A stretch of 64,000 bases of DNA from Macrostomum lignano. Its lineage: Eukaryota. The notes under the pieces are model-generated. The model was given only the letters and a program-made list of their open reading frames with translations. It searched no databases and had not been told where the DNA came from. Shown here piece after piece: positions 44,993 to 57,200 of this stretch (positions are counted from its first letter, which is position 1; each line of letters opens with the position of its first letter). A program made the position numbers and the translations under genes. The stretch spans positions 157,963 through 221,962 of the forward strand of contig NIVC01000722.1 in assembly GCA_002269645.1 (NCBI GenBank), written 5' to 3'.

Positions 44993-46889
44993 GCAAGTCA
45001 GAATTTTTATCTGAAACATAACTAGGCCTATAGACCTTAGCCTTATGCCTAACCATATTATAACTAGCATAGCTTTCTATCTAGGGAGTGATGCAAAGGA
45101 CTTTTGCCTAAATATAGGCCTATCATTTCTATCCCTTTAAGTCTTTGTCTTCCTTCCAGGTTTTACCTTTTTCTCATTAAGAGTTTAGATTAGATATATA
45201 ACATTAAAATTTCTAGATTTTTTACTAACTTAACAAATATCAAAAAAGCAAATCATCAACCTGTTTAAAGCATTTATAGGCCTAATAGAGAAAAATGGAA
45301 AATAAACTTAGTCTAGACTTAGACTTCAAGTATTCTCTGAAATAGACTATTTCATATTTTCACATTTAACATTTGTTTTTTTTGCCAAAAATTTCTTTGC
45401 TTTTAATGTTGCATCTGATCTAGATTTGTTACTAGCATACTAGCATACATATATTCATCAAGAGACTATAGCTAATTTTATTGATTATATTAGATTATAT
45501 CAGTTTTATTAATAAATGCTCTATTAAGAGAATTTATTATAAGATATGCATAGCCCTATATATTATATTTAATATTGGCAAGGTAACTATTGCCATATAT
45601 TAATATAACTAATAAAGATTGTATTAGGCCCCCCTATCATAATATGTAAAAAACATAACATGAAAGCAAAGTATAAGTTTATTAAGATTATGCAACTATA
45701 TTATTAACTTTAATAAACTGATTCATTAACAACTTTTTATGTATAATATAAAAATATAGAAATCAGTTATGTCAATAACTGTTTCATATAACTTTTATTG
45801 TAATTAAATAAATATGAATGTTAAATTATAAGTATAATTGATGAATCATGTGATCAGTTGGATAAGAGCTAGCTTAGATATAAATAGACTGAATTAAGGC
45901 TTATAAAGGGAATTGCTAAGATCTCAATGTTTATAAAGGAGAATCATTAAAATATCAAGGCCTAGAAGAAATTGCTAAGATATCAAGACTAGAAAAGATA
46001 GCTGAAATGTTATAATTTCTAAGTTTATTTTGAAAATTGCTGAGATATCAAGGCTCATAAGGAATTGCTAAGAAAGGAATATTCATGAAGGGATTGTTAT
46101 GGCTCATAAGGGTGAATGGCTAAAATCCTATGACTTTAAAGTATGTTAAGAATTCAACTTGAAAGAATTTGCATGTTGACCAAAAAGAGTAATATAAGAA
46201 TTGTTAACTTTTTTGAAGGCTCATTAGAAGAAATGATGGAGTTTTCTAGGCTCTTATAAAAAATGGCTTGTTTCAATTATAAAACAATATTCATGTTAAC
46301 TATAAAATATTCATGAGAGAATTACTAAGATTTCACGAGTCATGGGGAATTGCTAAGATGTTAAAGGTTATGGGAGATTAAGGGAGAATTGCTGAGATGT
46401 CAAACATTTTATTAAGATTTAAATTGGCAAAGTCTGGCTAATATAAATTTCTATAGGATTGTTAGAGTATTAGTCTGTTGAGTAATTGTTAAGATAGCCA
46501 TGTAGTATAGCTCAAGCAAGTCATTTAGTTTAATTAATGAGACTAAATGTAAATGATTTCTGCTAAGAGCAAATATTTAATAAATAGGTTTGATTCTTTG
46601 ACTTATGCTAATAGATTGGGGTCAATGGGCATCAGGGATTGACACATTGAATGCACCTATAAGTAGAGTGAGAAAGAGGAGTTATACTATTTCTTAGTAA
46701 AATAAATGTATAAACTGGATGAATTGGTTTTTCTGTGATTTATTCATGTTAAACTTGTGTCCAAATAATAAGCATAATATTTCCATTTAGCTTTTACATT
46801 TAACTTTATTAACTGAAATTATTTCATTTACTAAATAAATGCATACAATTGTTTCTATAAATGCTTGGTTTGTATGTTAATAACCACAG

Positions 46890-46984
46890 ATTTGGCACAA
46901 GCAATGCTTCAAATGCGAGGTGTGTGGCATGACCCTCAACATGAAGAACTACAAGGGGCTGGAAAAGAAGCCATACTGTTCTGC
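46890..46984 (+). CDS. LASP1: LASP exon 2 (LIM)
   Basis: [31 protein letters not shown]; cacag| acceptor, |gtgagt donor, phase 2. Confidence 0.95.
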
Positions 46985-47066
46985 GTGAGTGTTTATTGAA
47001 ATTCAATAATTTTCATTATTGAATAATACAAAATGCACTCTTAACTCTGCCATATTTTTTATTCAG

Positions 47067-47154
47067 CCACTACCCGCAGCCGAAGGCTTACACCTTTGTG
47101 AGCGACAATCCTGAGATGCAGAGAGTGAAACAGAACACGGCTGTAATTAGCAAT
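47067..47154 (+). CDS. LASP1: LASP exon 3 (nebulin repeat)
   Basis: HYPQPKAYTFVSDNPEMQRVKQNTAVISN; ttcag| acceptor, |gtaagt donor. Confidence 0.93.
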
Positions 47155-47189
47155 GTAAGTTGTGCAAGCCAGCTTTATTTTTGCAAACC

Positions 47190-49400
47190 ATTTTCCCTAC
47201 TAAATTGTGGGGTCTCGATCCTAATTTCCTAAATTCCCATGCTAAACTGTGGGATCTCGATTCTAATTTCCTAAATCCCCTTGCTAAACTGTGGGATCTC
47301 GATTCTAATTTCCTAAATCCCCATGCTAAACTGTGGGGTCTCGATTCCCCTAAATCCCCATGCTAAACTGTGGGATCTCGATTCCCCTAAATCCCCATGC
47401 TAAACTGTGGGATCTCGATCCTTCTAATTTCCTAAATCTTCATGCTAAACTGTGGAATCTCGATCCTAATTTCCTGAATCCCCATGCTAAACTGTGGGAT
47501 CTCAATTCTAATTTCCTGAATCCCCATGCTAAACTGTGGGATCTCAATCCTTCTAATTTCCTGAATCCCCATTCTAAACTGTGGGATCTCAATTCTAATT
47601 TCCTAAATCTCCATGCTAAACTGTGGGATCTCGATCCTAGTTTCCTAAATCCCCATGCTAAACTGTGGGATCTCGATCCTTCTAATTTCCTAAATCCCCA
47701 TGCTAAACTGTGGAATCTCGATCCTTCTAATTTCCTAAATCCCCATGCTAAACTGTGGAATCTCGATCCTTCTAATTTCCTAAATCCCCATGCTAAACTG
47801 TGGAATCTCGATCCTTCTAATTTCCTAAATCCCCATGCTAAACTGTGGAATCTCGATCCTTCTAATTTCCTGAATCCCCATGCTAAACTGTGGAATCTCG
47901 ATCCTTCTAATTTCCTAAATCCCCATGCTAAACTGTGGGATCTCGATCCTTCTAATTTCCTGAATCCCCATGCTAAACTGTGGAATCTCGATCCTTCTAA
48001 TTTCCTAAATCCCCATGCTAAACTGTGGAATCTCGATCCTTCTAATTTCCTAAATCCCCATGCTAAACTGTGGGATCTCGATCCTTCTAATTTCCTAAAT
48101 CCCCATGCTAAACTGTGGGATCTCGATTCTAATTTCCTGAATCCCCATGCTAAACTGTGGGATCTCGATCCTTCTAATTTCCTAAATCCCCATGCTAAAC
48201 TGTGGAATCTCGATCCTTCTAATTTCCTGAATCCCCATGCTAAACTGTGGAATCTCAATCCTTCTAATTTCCTGAATCCCCATGCTAAACTGTGGAATCT
48301 CGATCCTTCTAATTTCCTAAATCCCCATGCTAAACTGTGGAATCTCGATTCTAATCTCCTAAATCTCCATGCTAAACTGTGGGATCTCGATCCTAATTTC
48401 CTAAATCCCATGCTAAACTGTGGGATCTTCTCGATTCTAATTTCCTGAATCCCCATTCTAAACTGTGGGATCTTCTCGATTCTAATTTCCTAAATCCCAT
48501 GCTAAACTGTGGGATCTCGATTCTAATTTCCTAAATCCCCATGCTAAACTGTGGGATCTCGATTCTAATTTCCTAAATCCCCATGCTAAACTGTGGGGTC
48601 TCGATTCCCCTAAATCCCCATGCTAAACTGTGGAATCTCGATTCTAATTTCCTGAATCCCCATGCTAAACTGTGGGATCTCGATTCTAATTTCCTAAATC
48701 CCATGCTAAACTGTGGGATCTCGATCCTTCTAATTTCCTGAATCCCCATGCTAAACTGTGGGATCTCAATTCTAATTTCCTGAATCCCCATGCTAAACTG
48801 TGGGATCTCGATTCTAGTTTCCTGAATCCCCATGCTAAACTGTGGGATCTCAATTCTAATTTCCTGAATCCCCATGCTAAACTGTGGAATCTCGATTCTA
48901 ATTTCCTAAATCCCCATGCTAAACTGTGGAATCTCGATTCTAATTTCCTAAATCCCATGCTAAACTGTGGAATCTCGATTCTAAAAATTTCCTAAATCCC
49001 ATGCTAAACTGTGGAATCTCGATTCTAGTTTCCTGAATCCCCATGCTAAACTGTGGGATCTCGATCCTTTTAATTTCCTAAATCCCCATTCTAAACTGTG
49101 GGATCTTCTCGATTCTAATTTCCTGAATCCCCATTCTAAACTGTGGGATCTTCTCGATTCTAATTTCCTAAATCCCATGCTAAACTGTGGAATCTCGATT
49201 CTAGTTTCCTGAATCCCCATGCTAAACTGTGGGATCTCGATCCTTTTAATTTCCTGAATCCCCATTCTAAACTGTGGGATCTTCTCGATTCTAATTTCCT
49301 GAATCCCCATTCTAAACTGTGGGATCTTCTCGATTCTAATTTCCTAAATCCCCATTCTAAACTGTGGGATCTCGATCCTAATTTCCTAAATCCCAATACC
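47190..49400. repeat. 42/45-bp minisatellite (CTAAACTGTGG[G/A]ATCTCGAT[CCT]TCTAATTTCCT[A/G]AATCCCCATG)
   Basis: About 50 units in LASP intron 3. Confidence 0.98.
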
Positions 49401-49735
49401 AAACTGTCTAACCCCGATCATAATCCAATCCAATCCCACCCGTTTCCGGAATGCGGAATTGGGATTCCGTCTGCCAGAATAAGTCGTAACATTGTCAGGT
49501 CATGCCCCTTTAATTTTCACGCAGAACCAAATAATATTATTATGGATCAGGTAAAAATTGGGTCGCAATTGAGTCACGTGCTCACGCGGTCAAATTCGGG
49601 TTAAGGTCACTTTGACCTTCGATCCGCAGTTTTACATTGTCACATTACAGTAAATTTATTGTTGTAGTGGCAAATTTCTACCATACTAAACTATTGCATC
49701 ATTGCACGGTGTTAACAAACTCAAATTTGCTGCAG

Positions 49736-49822
49736 GTGAAATACCACGAAGAATTCGAGAAGTCAAAGGGCACTAGAATGGCTGTCACGGAAGATATGAT
49801 GACGCCATCGGCTGGCGCGGCT
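49736..49822 (+). CDS. LASP1: LASP exon 4
   Basis: VKYHEEFEKSKG continues the nebulin repeat; phase 0/0. Confidence 0.92.
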
Positions 49823-49900
49823 GTAAGTGCATAAAAAATGTAAAGATATGTAAAATCTTGGTTTTTACAATGCTTCAATTATACTTACTAAATTGTCCAG

Positions 49901-49961
49901 GCAAGGAAGCCGGCCCCGCCACCTGTGGCCGCCACTGCTCAGTCCTCTAATGCGGCAGTTG
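49901..49961 (+). CDS. LASP1: LASP exon 5 (linker)
   Basis: ARKPAPPPVAATAQSSNAAV; gtccag| acceptor, G|gtgag donor, phase 0/1. Confidence 0.75.
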
Positions 49962-50109
49962 GTGAGTTGCTGAATTTTTATATAATTATGCTAATTATTA
50001 TAACCTTCATTTGATATGGTGCAAGGTACGAATCATTTAAATCACATTTTTCTCCATTTAAACCACTTTCAAGTCCTTCATTTTTGTACTTCTGTCATTT
50101 GGTCCAGAG

Positions 50110-50570
50110 GTTCCTCATTGAGTTTCTCACGAATTCCCCTGTCAAATAATTAAGTTTCTCACGAATTCCCCAGTCAAATCATTGAGTTTCTCAATTCTCA
50201 CGAATTCCCCAGTCAAATCATTGAGTTTCTCAATTCTCACGAATTCCCCAGTCAAATCATTGAGTTTCTCACGAATTCCCCAGTCAAATCATTGAGTTTC
50301 TCACGAATTCCCCAGTAAAATTATTGACTTTCTCACGAATTCCCCAGTCCAAACAATGAGTTTCTCACGAATTCCCCAGTAAAATTATTGACTTTCTCAC
50401 GAATTCCCCAGTCCAAACAATGAGTTTCTCACAAATTCCCCAGTAAAATTATTGAGTTTCTCAATTCTCACGAATTCCCTAGTTAAATCATTGACTTTCT
50501 CACAAATTCCCCAGTCCAATCAATGAGTTTCTCACGAATTCCCTAGTCAAATCATTGATTTCCCACGAAT
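50110..50570. repeat. 32-bp minisatellite (TCATTGAGTTTCTCACGAATTCCCCAGTCAAA)
   Basis: About 13 units; the same family recurs at 51945-52130. Confidence 0.94.
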
Positions 50571-50885
50571 TTGCCGGTCCCTCAGCTGTTTATCCCAGAG
50601 CACTCTTACAAACCAGTAAACCCGTAAAAGACGCGTATTTGAAGCTTGCTTATGGCGCACAAAATGCTTTTCTGGCTATACATATGCACATTGTAAGCTT
50701 TCACTGGACTGCGCTTAAAATCAATTTTTGTTGTAAAATATTTTAGTTAAGCTGCTAAACAGTCGATAATATCATTAAACGGCTGTCCTTTTATTACTAT
50801 ATTTCTATTCTGTGTGTGCTTTGTCATGGCTTACTATCCAAGCAATAATATTATTATTACTACTATAATGAATTATTCGTCTCAG

Positions 50886-51119
50886 TCGCAAATCGCCGAG
50901 GCTCCACTGGCGCCTCATCGGCGTCCTCGTCTATCGGCGCCGCTCCCGGCTCAATTTTTGCCTACGATCCGATGGGACGCGAGGCCGAGGCGGCTTCCGC
51001 TGCCGCGGCCGCTGCCACCTCCTCCGAGGCCCCAAATAGAGCCGCGTTTGATCCCCATGCGGCAAAGCGCGGCTCCACTATTTATTCTAGCGAAGATCAG
51101 CAGGCTCAGCAGAATCATT
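50886..51119 (+). CDS. LASP1: LASP exon 6 (symmetric phase-1 linker exon, possibly alternative)
   Basis: ANRRGSTG...GSIFAYDPMGRE...; ctcag| acceptor; weak donor T|gtaggg; length 234 = 78 codons. Confidence 0.6.
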
Positions 51120-51369
51120 GTAGGGGCTGCTTGTTATTAGCAACACGGCACAATAATTATTTATTTATTATATAGCGCGTATATTATCAATGCCGCTAAT
51201 TAAGAAGCGCCCAAGAAAATGAATTCGCCAAAATCGATTCAGTCGTACTTAGCTTCTAATTCCTTGCTGGCCAAACATTTCGGAAATTTTTCCAAACGGA
51301 AAGTCAAATCCAATGTTTAGGCTGCATTTTCTGTGGCCCGGTTTTATTCCCCCCCACTCCCGTAAGGTT

Positions 51370-52570
51370 AGACTCTAATCCCCTAGACTGGGGTTCCCCA
51401 CTCCCAGACGGGATTCCCCAATTCCCTAAGCTGGGATTCCCCAATCCCCTAAGCTGGGGTCCCCCAACCCCCTAAGCTGGGATTCCCCAATCCCCTAAAC
51501 TGGGATTCCCCAATCCCCTAAGCTAAGATTCCCAAATCCCCTAAGCGGGGGATTCCCAAATCCCCTAAGCGGGGGATTCCCCAATCCCCTAAGCTGGGAT
51601 TCCCCAATCCCCTAAGCTGGGATTCCCCAATCCCCTAAGCTGGGATTCCCAAATCCCCTAAGCGGGGGATTCGCAAATCCCCTAAGCGGGGGATTCCCCA
51701 ATCCCCTAAGCTGGGATTCCCCAATCCCCTAAGCTGAGATTCGCCCAATCCCATAAGCTGGAATTCCCCAATCCCCTAAGCTGGGATTCCCCAATCTCCG
51801 GATTCCCCAATCCCCGGATTCCCCAATCCCCGGATTCCCTAATCCCCGGATTCCCCAATCCCCGGATTCCCCAATCCACGGATTCCCCAATCCCCGGATT
51901 CCCCAATCCCCGGATTCCCCAAACCCCGGATTCCCCAATCCCCGGATTCATTGAGTTTCTCACGAATTCCCCAGTCAAATCATTGAGTTTCTCACGAATT
52001 CCCCAGTCAAATCATTGAGTTTCTCACGAATTCCCCAGTAAAATTATTGTCTTTCTCACAAATTCCCCAGTCCAAACAATGAGTTTCCCACAAATTCCCC
52101 AGTCAAATCATTGAGTTTCTCACGAATTCCCCAATCCCCTAAGCTGGGATTCCCCAATCCCCTAAGCTGGGATTCCCCAATCCCCTAAGCTGGGATTCCC
52201 AAATCCCCTAAGCGGGGGATTCGCAAATCCCCTAAGCGGGGGATTCCCCAATCCCCTAAGCTGGGCGAATCCCTAAGCTGAGATTCGCCCAATCCCATAA
52301 GCTGGAATTCCCCAATCCCCTAAGCTGGGATTCCCCAATCTCCGGATTCCCCAATCCCCGGATTCCCCAATCCCCGGATTCCCTAATCCCCGGATTCCCC
52401 AATCCCCGGATTCCCCAATCCACGGATTCCCCAATCCCCGGATTCCCCAATCCCCGGATTCCCCAAACCCCGGATTCCCCAAACCCCGGATTCCCCAATC
52501 CCCGGATTCCCCAATCCCCGGATTCCCCAATCCCCGGATTCCCCAATCCCCGGATTCCTCAATCCCCGGA
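51370..52570. repeat. Compound array of 23-bp (CCCCAATCCCCTAAGCTGGGATT), 16-bp (CCCCAATCCCCGGATT) and 32-bp units with a higher-order duplication
   Basis: Order B-C-A-B-C; a further B block at about 52840-52900. Confidence 0.93.
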
Positions 52571-53885
52571 TTCTCCAATCCTCTAAGCTGGAATTCCCCC
52601 CGCTACAAAATATGGCTGTTTCTTTGGCTGATTCCAAGCGGAAACACCGATGTTTACACACAAAAATCCCGCCCACACACAAAACCCTCCCAATTAGACG
52701 ATTCTAGGCGCAAGAAACTGCCAAAAAACCCGCCCAGTAAGAAACCGCCCAAAAAACCACCAAGAGAAGAGTTTCCAACTGAAAAAACCACAGAACACTT
52801 GGCGGTTTCTTTTAGAGATTCCAGCCATGTTGAAAATTGCCTAAGCTGGAATTCCCCAATCCCCTAAGCTGGGATTCCCCAATCCCTTAATCTAAGATTC
52901 TAAGCTAAGCTCCTGATCCAATATACAAATAAATCATTTTAAACCTTAAACTCAAATTGTACTTTAAGCAATAACTTTATTCCGTCAAGTGCTGGCACAA
53001 TAAATTGAAAATCAATCAAACAAACAAACCAACAACTTCAGCTGCCTTCCAGTTGACCGCTGTTGCGAGTTGAAAAAACAGTCTTTGAAAAGTAAAATGC
53101 ATTTTATTGATTCTGTTTAAGAGCCGCATTTCATTTGCATGCTTGCACGTTTGAAGCAGGAAATTCTAGCATTAGTGCCATGCAGAAGCCCGTAAGGGCT
53201 GTTTGAATCCTAAGAATGGACGAATTTTTCATCCATTGTGCCTCAGTTTGTAGTGTACGCATCAGCATGTTCAGTTAGTTTATATAGTGTATGCCAGTAT
53301 TTGTTGCTAGTGTTTTCGCTTTTAAAAGAAAGGCAAATGGCTATGTTTTCTACTATGCTTGCTGAGAGACAAGCTCCACATCCCCAGTTTTGTCTTGTTT
53401 TTGTCACCGGAATGCAATTTTATCTGCATTTTGTATGATTTAAGTAACAAGCTGACTCACATCCTCTATTATACGGGCGCTTGAGAAGGGTAAGAGGCTG
53501 GCGCCAACCAATCAGCGACAAGAGCGGGAAAGAGCAGCGATAGGGGGTAAGGGGGAGGGTAATTTATCAGCCAATCAGCGCTAGTTACGGGTTGGAGTAA
53601 CATTAGCTTTGCGAAAAGAGTTTTATTACTTTATTAACAAGCTTCAATCCGAACCAGCCAATCAGCGATGAGAGTGGGATAGAAAGAACAGGCAATAGTT
53701 AGTAGGTATTATTAACTAATTGGCTAATTCCAGACTTGTGAATAAACAGTTGCGTAATCAAAATTATTTTGCGCTTAGCTGATTAGAAAAATTAAGAGTT
53801 GGCCGCGCTAAACCTTTTTAAAAAACTGTGTAGCGGCGGCATCTTTGATGTTTGATTAATTAGTTATAACAAATAATTACCGCAG

Positions 53886-54070
53886 CTCCGGTCAACTCGT
53901 CCTACACCGGCCAGTCCACCGTGTACACCACATCGGCTATTGGCAGGCGGCAGCAGCCGCATCAGCCGGCCGCGCCGGAGCCGCACCAGCCCCGGTTGCT
54001 GACAGCCATCACCAGGCCCGCTACAGCCGCAACTCCGACTACGGCGGCGTATCCAGGAATAGCGGCTATG
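53886..54070 (+). CDS. LASP1: LASP exon 7 (linker; apparent 1-bp deletion at C-run 53990-53993)
   Basis: PVNSSYTGQSTVYTTS...EPHQP then, one frame shifted, PVADSHHQARYSRNSDYGG; 185 bp needs +1 to keep phase 1/1. Confidence 0.65.
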
Positions 54071-54254
54071 GTGAGCCCGCTGCCGCTGAGCCTGGTGCGT
54101 TGCGTTTCTTGTCTATTATTTATTTTAAGTTGTACTTTAGAGTTAAAGGGTCTGGTAAATACTTTTAACAATATTTAAGTTCAGTTTTTCTACTGTATTT
54201 TAGACCACGAAAATATGTTTAACCATTTTTATTTAAAGGTGGGTAGTTGGTAGA

Positions 54255-54476
54255 TATTAGGTAGATAGATAGATAGATAGATAGACAGATAGATAGATAG
54301 ACAGATAGATAGATAGATAGATAGACAGACAGATAGATAGACAGATAGATAGATAGATAGATCGATAGATAGATAGATAGGTAGACAGATAGATAGATAG
54401 ACAGATAGATAGATAGATAGATATAGATAGATAGACAGATCGATAGATAGATAGGTAGACAGATAGATAGATAGAC

Positions 54477-54514
<38 letters not shown>

Positions 54515-54590
54515 ACAGATAGATAGATAGATAGATATAGATAGATAGACAGATCGATAGATAGATAGGTAGACAGATAGATAGATAGAC

Positions 54591-54628
<38 letters not shown>

Positions 54629-54654
54629 ATAGACAGATAGATAGATAGATAGAC

Positions 54655-54736
<82 letters not shown>

Positions 54737-54994
54737 GTAGACAGATAGATAGATAGATAGATAGGTAGACAGATAGATAGATAGACAGAAAGATAGATAG
54801 ATAGATAGATAAATAGACAGATAGATAGATAGATAGACAGATAGATAGATAGACAGATAGATAGATAGATAGATAGATAGACAGATAGATAGATAGATAG
54901 ATAGACAGATCGATAGATAGATAGGTAGACAGATAGATAGATAGATAGATAGATAGATAAATAGACAGATAGATAGATAGATAGATGGATAGAC

Positions 54995-55038
<44 letters not shown>

Positions 55039-55047
55039 CGATAGACA
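54255..55047. repeat. (GATA)n/(GACA)n microsatellite
   Basis: Visible directly in the sequence. Confidence 0.98.
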
Positions 55048-55661
55048 GGTAATATTTCGACTTGCTAATATTGCACAGTTCTCATACCCTGCTCATACCT
55101 AGTAGGCATTATTTATTAGTTAAAAGTTCAGCTTCGACCTTGCCTTTAAAAAGCATCGCAGATCCCTCTCTAGCCAGCCAGTCACCTACTGGAGCTCGCC
55201 AGGCAAAAGCAATTCTCAGCCTTGTATAACAGATAACAGCGCTTTGAACTTATGGCAACTTGTCTTTTGAATGCGAAATGATTTTATATTTAGCTCAGCC
55301 CTGTGTAAACCTATCTGTCTTTCTCTTACTCTCTCACTCGCTCCTTAGTCTCTGCAATGCAACGAATTCTTGTATTCTAGCCGGCAAACATTGCGCATAT
55401 TTAGGGGCATAGGGGCGTGCGCTAACAACCCAGTGGTCATTGCTTCACTTGTTCTTTTCTTGTTTAAATTAAAAGAAACAGAAAATCTATATGCGGGGTT
55501 CTCTCTTATTCGCAACATGTTTTGGTGATATAATTCATAAGCAACTTTTATATTCACATGTACGTACCTGTCTAATGTCATTATGCTCTTAGAGAATCAA
55601 GACCTAATGTTTTTTGCTTACGCGTAATAAGTTCGCATGATCTTGGTTGACAACTGTTTAG

Positions 55662-55834
55662 TGCCACCGCCAGCCCCAGTTCAGCAGTACCAGCCGCCGC
55701 CAGCACCGGTTCAGCAGTACCAGCCGCCGCCAGCCCCGGTTCAGCAGTACCAGCCAAAGGAGCCTTCGCCGCCGCCAACTCCAGCTCAGGCGGCTCCGGC
55801 TGCGGCCCCCACCGCTGAAGCTACTGATCGCGGG
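55662..55834 (+). CDS. LASP1: LASP exon 8 (Pro/Gln-rich; PPPAPVQQYQ x3)
   Basis: tttag|TG phase 1; GGG|gtaag phase 0. Confidence 0.8.
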
Positions 55835-56314
55835 GTAAGAATACCGGATTTATACCGTATTTAATTTCAAATTTCCTAATATTTTTGAGGAAAAAGACAA
55901 AAAATTCCTTAGCTGCTACTGAGGAAGTTGTTAGTAGTGTCATTAAAATATTATCTTTCATTTTTTAATTTGTTACATAGCTTCAAAATAGGGCATCATT
56001 TGAATACATATTAATTTTTTTTCTGTTAATTAACAGCTGGTCTACCAAAGTCAATGTTGGTCATCAAAGTTCTGCGATACGTTTACAAGTAGAATCACTT
56101 TATAACTTTATTACGATTAATTAACAAAACTTAGTACAAAGTCTAACACAAGCTTTAGAGGTACACCTTTTGTATATAGAAGTTTTACAAAAAGTATTTA
56201 CTATCTGTTTTAGTTTAAAAAGATTCTTTTCTTAAGTAACATGCGGTTAATGATCTGTCATTGGAGTCATATTGAACTTCTTAAGCTAAAATGAATTGAA
56301 GCAGGCATGCAGAG

Positions 56315-56406
56315 CTGCAGGTAGGGGATCAGTATGCAGGTAGGGGATCAGTATGCAGGTAGGGGATCAGTATGCAGGTAGGGGATCAGTATGCAGGTAG
56401 GGGATC
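56315..56406. repeat. 19-bp repeat (GCAGGTAGGGGATCAGTAT) x4-5
   Basis: Tandem units just before the last LASP exon. Confidence 0.88.
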
Positions 56407-56460
56407 GTACCCGGGCCGAACAGCAGTATTCCCCATCCCCTCACTTCCGTCATCCTGCAG

Positions 56461-56637
56461 CGCTGCTTCAGGGCTCTGTATGACTACACAGCCCAGGACG
56501 ATGACGAAGTGACCTTCAACGAAGGTGACGTTGTCACGAACGGCGACCCCATTGACGAAGGCTGGATGTACGGCATAGTGGAGCGGACTGGCCAGTTCGG
56601 TATGCTGCCTTCCAATTATGTCGAAGAGCTTCTGTGA
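56461..56637 (+). CDS. LASP1: LASP exon 9 (SH3, terminal)
   Basis: [20 protein letters not shown]...DEGWMYG...GMLPSNYVE-stop; ctgcag| acceptor, phase 0. Confidence 0.95.
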   Translation, partial: RCFRALYDYTAQDDDEVTFNEGDVVTNGDPIDEGWMYGIVERTGQFGMLPSNYVEELL

Positions 56638-56807
56638 GCCGCCTGAGGTTTGCTGATCGTTGAGATTTTTGATTCTGTTGATCAATTGAATAGATTAAAC
56701 ACTGCACTGCTTATATTATCAATATGCTGTGCTATGTTTTTAGTAGTATTCTTCTACTGCCAAGGATTTGTATATGCGGAAGTTCCACTTCTTTATAAAC
56801 CCTACCA

Positions 56808-57200
56808 TGCAGTCTGGGGTCAGTGCCCCCTCTACCCCACAGTCTGGGGTCAGTGCCCCCTCTACCCCACAGTCTGAGGTCAGTGCCCTCTCTACCCCAC
56901 AGTCTGGGGTCAGTGCCCTCTCTACCCCACAGTCTGGGGTCAGTGCCCTCTCTACCCCACAGTCTGAGGTCAGTGCCCTCTCTACCCCACAGTCTGGGGT
57001 CAGTGCCCCCTCTACCCCACAGTCTGAGGTCAGTGCCCCCTCTACCCCACAGTCTGGGGTCAGTGCCCTCTCTACCCCACAGACTGGGGTCAGTGCCCTC
57101 TCTACCCCACAGACTGGGGTCAGTGCCCTCTCTACCCCACAGACTGGGGGTCAGTGTTCCCTCTACCCCACAGACTGGGGTCAGTGCCCCCTCTACCCCA
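56808..57200. repeat. 30-bp minisatellite (CAGTCTGGGGTCAGTGCCC[C/T]CTCTACCCCA)
   Basis: About 13 units downstream of the LASP stop. Confidence 0.96.
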
